This document shows positions 60,264 to 64,000 of a stretch of DNA of 64,000 bases, one piece after another. Origin of the DNA: an uncultured Nitrososphaerota archaeon (GTDB lineage: Archaea; Thermoproteota; Nitrososphaeria; Nitrososphaerales; CADDZS01); NCBI GenBank assembly GCA_963799845.1, contig CAWCYI010000004.1, forward strand, positions 384,001 to 448,000, given 5' to 3'. Positions within the stretch are counted from its first letter, which is position 1. Every line of letters begins with the position of its first letter. Below the pieces are notes generated by a model. It had not been told where the DNA came from. It did not search any database and saw only the letters and a program-made list of their open reading frames with translations. A program made the position numbers and the translations under genes.

Positions 60264-61244
60264 GTGGCGTCGAGAAACATGCTCTACGTTAGAAAGGTGG
60301 GCGTCGTTGGATCAGGTGCGATGGGCAGCCAGATTGCAGAAATCATGGCACTGAACGGCTACGAAGTGTATCTGAAAGATGTTTCAAAGGAATTCCTGGA
60401 TAGGGGTATGTCAAACATCAGGAAGAACCTTGATGAGCTCGTCGCGTTTCACAAATCCAAAGCCGATAAGGAGATCGCCCGGATTCTAGACCAAGACGGA
60501 GTTGCCCTGTCCGAGGAGCAGGCTTCCGTTGTCAGGGCAAAGCTGAAACCGACCTATGATGAAAAACGGGCTTCAGAAATCTATTCGAGAGTTCACCCCT
60601 CTGAAAGCTATGATCCGTTCCGCGATGTTGATCTTGTAATTGAAGCGATTATCGAAGAGATCGAGGAAAAGAAGAAACTCTTCCGCGAGCTTGATCAGGT
60701 AGCAAAAAACGCGGTACTTGCGACGAACACCTCAACTCTTTCTATAACCGAGATCGCAGGCGTCTCAAAAAGGAGGGACAAGATAGTCGGGACCCATTTT
60801 TTCAATCCTCCAATCACTCTTCCGCTCATCGAGGTGATTCCGGGCCTCGAGACCAGTGAGGACACAGTTTCTGACATGATTGATTTTCTTTCCTCACTAC
60901 GAAACTTTCGCTATCCGATGCAGCCAATCAGGGTCAAAGAAGTTCCGGGCTTTCTAGTGAACAGAGTTCTCGGGGCCATGTGGAACGAGGCGTTTGCGCT
61001 TTACGAAGAGGGAGTGGCCTCGATGCGTGACATTGACCTGGCGATGAAAACTGGAGCGGGGATGCCGATGGGTCCATTCGAACTCGCAGATCTTGTCGGC
61101 ATAGACGTGATGTATCACGTGGAGGAGTCAATTAAGCGAATGGAGGGGAGCTTTATTTCTCCCAGACCAACTCAGATCGTTAAAAAGATGTACTACTCGG
61201 GTCGGCTGGGCAAGAAGACGGGAAGAGGATTCTACAATTACTGA
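60264..61244 (+). CDS. 3-hydroxyacyl-CoA dehydrogenase
   Basis: GSGAMG, EAIIE, TNTS, HFFNP, PMGPFELAD, GKKTGRGFY. Confidence 0.95.
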   Translation: MASRNMLYVRKVGVVGSGAMGSQIAEIMALNGYEVYLKDVSKEFLDRGMSNIRKNLDELVAFHKSKADKEIARILDQDGVALSEEQASVVRAKLKPTYDEKRASEIYSRVHPSESYDPFRDVDLVIEAIIEEIEEKKKLFRELDQVAKNAVLATNTSTLSITEIAGVSKRRDKIVGTHFFNPPITLPLIEVIPGLETSEDTVSDMIDFLSSLRNFRYPMQPIRVKEVPGFLVNRVLGAMWNEAFALYEEGVASMRDIDLAMKTGAGMPMGPFELADLVGIDVMYHVEESIKRMEGSFISPRPTQIVKKMYYSGRLGKKTGRGFYNY

Positions 61245-61365
61245 AGCGATCGCGATATACATCTGACTGGAGGTACATCCACTCATCCTGGCTTAATCTC
61301 GCACCGATACCATAGGATTCATGAAGCGATACCGTTTAAATTCCAGCGTGACGAAAATACACTCT

Positions 61366-62331
61366 ATGCACAAGAGAGTCATCATTATTGGCTCTGGCCC
61401 GGCGGGCTACACCGCTGCTATATACACGGCAAGAGCCAATCTAAGTCCGCTAGTTTTGGCGGGAACCCAATCCGGGGGACAGCTCATGATTACAACCGAC
61501 GTTGAAAATTATCCCGGCTTTCCGGAGGGAATTCAGGGCCCCGAGCTCATGGAAAGATTTCGAAAGCAGGCCGAAAAGTTCGGTGCCCACATTCAGGATG
61601 TCGATGTCACCGCAGTAGATTTTAGGCAATCGCCTTTCGTCGTACGAGCTGGCGAACACATGCATACGGCGGACGCTCTGATCATCGCTACTGGCGCAAA
61701 TGCAAAGTGGATCGGCCTTGAAAACGAGTTGAAACTTCGCGGGAGCGGCGTGTCGGCTTGCGCGACATGCGACGCATTCTTCTTCAAGGGAAAGGACGTG
61801 TTCGTTGTCGGCGGGGGAGACACTGCGATGGAGGAAGCTAACTTTCTTTCAAAGTTCGCAAAAACTGTTACAGTGGTTCACAGAAGAGAAACGCTGAGGG
61901 CATCAAAGATAATGCAGAAAAGGGTGATGTCAAACCCGAAGATATCTTTCATCTGGAACTCGGAAGTCACGAACGTACTGGGAGACAAGCGTGTAACGGG
62001 TCTCGAACTACGCAACGTCAACGATGGCTCGACCAGAAAGGTTCCAGCAGATGGATTGTTCATCGCGATCGGGCATGAACCGAGTACAATTCTATTCAGA
62101 GGTCAGCTTGACACTGACCCGCGTGGCTACGTTATAGTAAATGACCACACCAAGACAAACATCGAAGGAGTGTTTGCCGCCGGAGACGTGAAGGATGCCA
62201 GATATCGCCAAGCAGTCACTGCAGCCGGATCTGGCTGTGAAGCTGCACTTGATCTGGAGCGATATCTCGAAGAACACTTCCACGAACATCTGTTGCCAGA
62301 AGAGCTTGAAAATCCCGCAGTAACTTCTTAA
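61366..62331 (+). CDS. trxB: Thioredoxin reductase
   Basis: GSGPAG, CATCD, GGGDTA, AAGD. Confidence 0.96.
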   Translation: MHKRVIIIGSGPAGYTAAIYTARANLSPLVLAGTQSGGQLMITTDVENYPGFPEGIQGPELMERFRKQAEKFGAHIQDVDVTAVDFRQSPFVVRAGEHMHTADALIIATGANAKWIGLENELKLRGSGVSACATCDAFFFKGKDVFVVGGGDTAMEEANFLSKFAKTVTVVHRRETLRASKIMQKRVMSNPKISFIWNSEVTNVLGDKRVTGLELRNVNDGSTRKVPADGLFIAIGHEPSTILFRGQLDTDPRGYVIVNDHTKTNIEGVFAAGDVKDARYRQAVTAAGSGCEAALDLERYLEEHFHEHLLPEELENPAVTS

Positions 62332-62413
62332 GCTCACAAAATTAAGGCAAGTCTTAATACGGAAAATCAAGTGTAGAATGATCCGCTAACTTTCATGTGA
62401 GAATTGATTCTCT

Positions 62414-63208
62414 TTGCCTGATTCAGATTTTCAATTTCTTAAAACAAAGAAGGATGAAGCCGCCTTGATCATTACGCTGGACAATCCGCCCGTTAACGCT
62501 CTGAATTTGAAAATGCTTGAGGAAATCTCCCGAGCAGTAAAAAATGGGAACGAGGATCCTGAAGTTCGTGGACTGATAATTACTGGTGGCGGTACGAATG
62601 CCTTTTGCGCTGGCGCCGATCTGAAGATGATGGCTGGATTCAGCCCAGAGGGAGCGGCAAAAATGGTTCAGACAGGTCACAGAGCTTTTCTTGCAGTTGA
62701 AGAATCTCCAAAGCCGGTAATTGCAGCTGTCAATGGTCTCGCGCTCGGCGGGGGAAATGAACTCGCAATGTCATGCGACATTAGATTTGTTTCGGATCGT
62801 GCCAGGTTCGGCCAGCCCGAAGTGGGTTTGGGGCTGATACCCGCGTGGGGAGGTACCCAGAGGATGAGCAGGCTGATCGGCGTGGGAAAGGCAAAGGAGC
62901 TGATTTTCTCGGGACAAATAATTAACGCCCAGGAAGCTTTCAGGATTGGCCTCGTTAACAAAATAGTGCCGGACGGCGAAGAGCTGAGAGCGGCGACTGA
63001 TTATGTCCGAATGTTGGCAGCGAAAGTTTCGCCTCTCGCAGTTTCTCAGGCGAAGATCGCGATAAACGAAGGGATTCAGGTCGCTTCTCTGAAGGATGCC
63101 CTGGAGTACGAAGTAAAGGCGATTCGAGTTTTGGCCGCGAGTGATGATTTGAGGGAGGGCGTTCAGGCATTCCTGGAGAAGAGACCGCCTAAATTCTCCG
63201 GCAAGTAA
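62414..63208 (+). CDS. Enoyl-CoA hydratase (crotonase)
   Basis: FCAGADL, GGGNE, QPEV..GLIP; both catalytic Glu present. Confidence 0.95.
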   Translation: MPDSDFQFLKTKKDEAALIITLDNPPVNALNLKMLEEISRAVKNGNEDPEVRGLIITGGGTNAFCAGADLKMMAGFSPEGAAKMVQTGHRAFLAVEESPKPVIAAVNGLALGGGNELAMSCDIRFVSDRARFGQPEVGLGLIPAWGGTQRMSRLIGVGKAKELIFSGQIINAQEAFRIGLVNKIVPDGEELRAATDYVRMLAAKVSPLAVSQAKIAINEGIQVASLKDALEYEVKAIRVLAASDDLREGVQAFLEKRPPKFSGK

Positions 63209-63226
63209 TTCTGTTGGGCGATTTCT

Positions 63227-64000
63227 TTGGCGTTAATTACTGCCATCAACCGAGCTACGGATGCCGTCTACGACTACAAACTTCCTCCAAAATACGATCT
63301 TTTCCGTCTCGCTCTGCGTGAATTTCTCCGAACTGAAATCTCGGATACTGTCGAATACTACGACAAGATAGAATTGTTCCCGGAAGAGAACATCAGAAAA
63401 TTCGCGAGGCTAGGTTACATGGGGATTCCGATTCCCCTAAAGTACGGAGGTGCGGAGCTCGGCGAGTTCGGTTATGGCCTGGCGGTTCAGGAAATAAGCA
63501 AAGTCTGCTCTTCTCACGGAACAATTATAGGGGCCCACACCGGTCTCTGCGCGATTCCAATCTGGCTTTTTGGAAACGAAGATCAGAAAAGGCGGTACCT
63601 TCCAGACCTAGCGAGCGGTAGAAAGCTGGGCGCGTTCGGATTGACAGAACCGGGCGCTGGGAGCGATGCGGCGAATATCAAGACGACAGCTGCAAAGGTT
63701 GGAGATCATTTTGTCATCAATGGCACAAAACAGTTCATCACTAACGGCGACAGGGCGGAGACGTTCGTCGTTTTCGCATCTAATGATCCAACACTCGGGG
63801 CATTCGGCGGGATAACAGCATTCATCGTCGAGAGGTCATTTGGCGGAGTTTCAACCGCGAAGGTCGAGAAGAAGATGGGTATAAGGGCCTCGACGACGGC
63901 GCAGCTGGTCTTTCAGGATTGCCCGGTACCGAAAGAAAATATTCTCGGTACTTTCGGTGCGGGGTTCCTAGTTGCTCTTACCGCTTTGGATGGCGGCCGG
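63227..64000 (+). CDS. Acyl-CoA dehydrogenase, running off the window end
   Basis: Manual translation gives FGLTEPGAGSD, NGTKQFITNG, KMGIRAS; absent from the ORF track because there is no stop. Confidence 0.92.
   Translation, partial: MALITAINRATDAVYDYKLPPKYDLFRLALREFLRTEISDTVEYYDKIELFPEENIRKFARLGYMGIPIPLKYGGAELGEFGYGLAVQEISKVCSSHGTIIGAHTGLCAIPIWLFGNEDQKRRYLPDLASGRKLGAFGLTEPGAGSDAANIKTTAAKVGDHFVINGTKQFITNGDRAETFVVFASNDPTLGAFGGITAFIVERSFGGVSTAKVEKKMGIRASTTAQLVFQDCPVPKENILGTFGAGFLVALTALDGGR

Overview
Chromosomal segment of an archaeon, most likely a non-ammonia-oxidising, heterotrophic member of Nitrososphaerota. Support: a eukaryote-like type IB topoisomerase, NreA with a PIP box, thiolase/DUF35 pairs, TATA/BRE promoters with apparently leaderless starts, and a roadblock-like protein of a family common in Thaumarchaeota. 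The left third is housekeeping: shikimate/Tyr genes, TatA, DEAD-box helicase, NreA, Top IB, AhcY, AcnA, IlvD and citrate synthase. The region ~24-39 kb carries a biotin acyl-CoA carboxylase, BirA, MeaB and two B12 acyl-CoA mutase large subunits with different specificity residues (MCM-type and isobutyryl-CoA-mutase-type). The region ~42-64 kb is a large acyl-CoA oxidation cluster: four ACADs, EtfAB, a membrane Fe-S oxidoreductase, a CoA ligase, ECH, HAD, two Cys-thiolases and an Ltp3/Ltp4-like Cys-less pair with two DUF35 proteins. The most interesting unexplained structure is (1) a multi-stem RNA leader directly upstream of the DEAD-box helicase, (2) an AGCT-rich repeat locus next to a DUF5343-like gene whose motif recurs elsewhere, and (3) six frameshifts at or beside AGCT, which suggests AGCT methylation causing basecalling errors. 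No rRNA, tRNA, CRISPR or transposase was recognised. All calls were made by eye; no database searches or folding programs were run.
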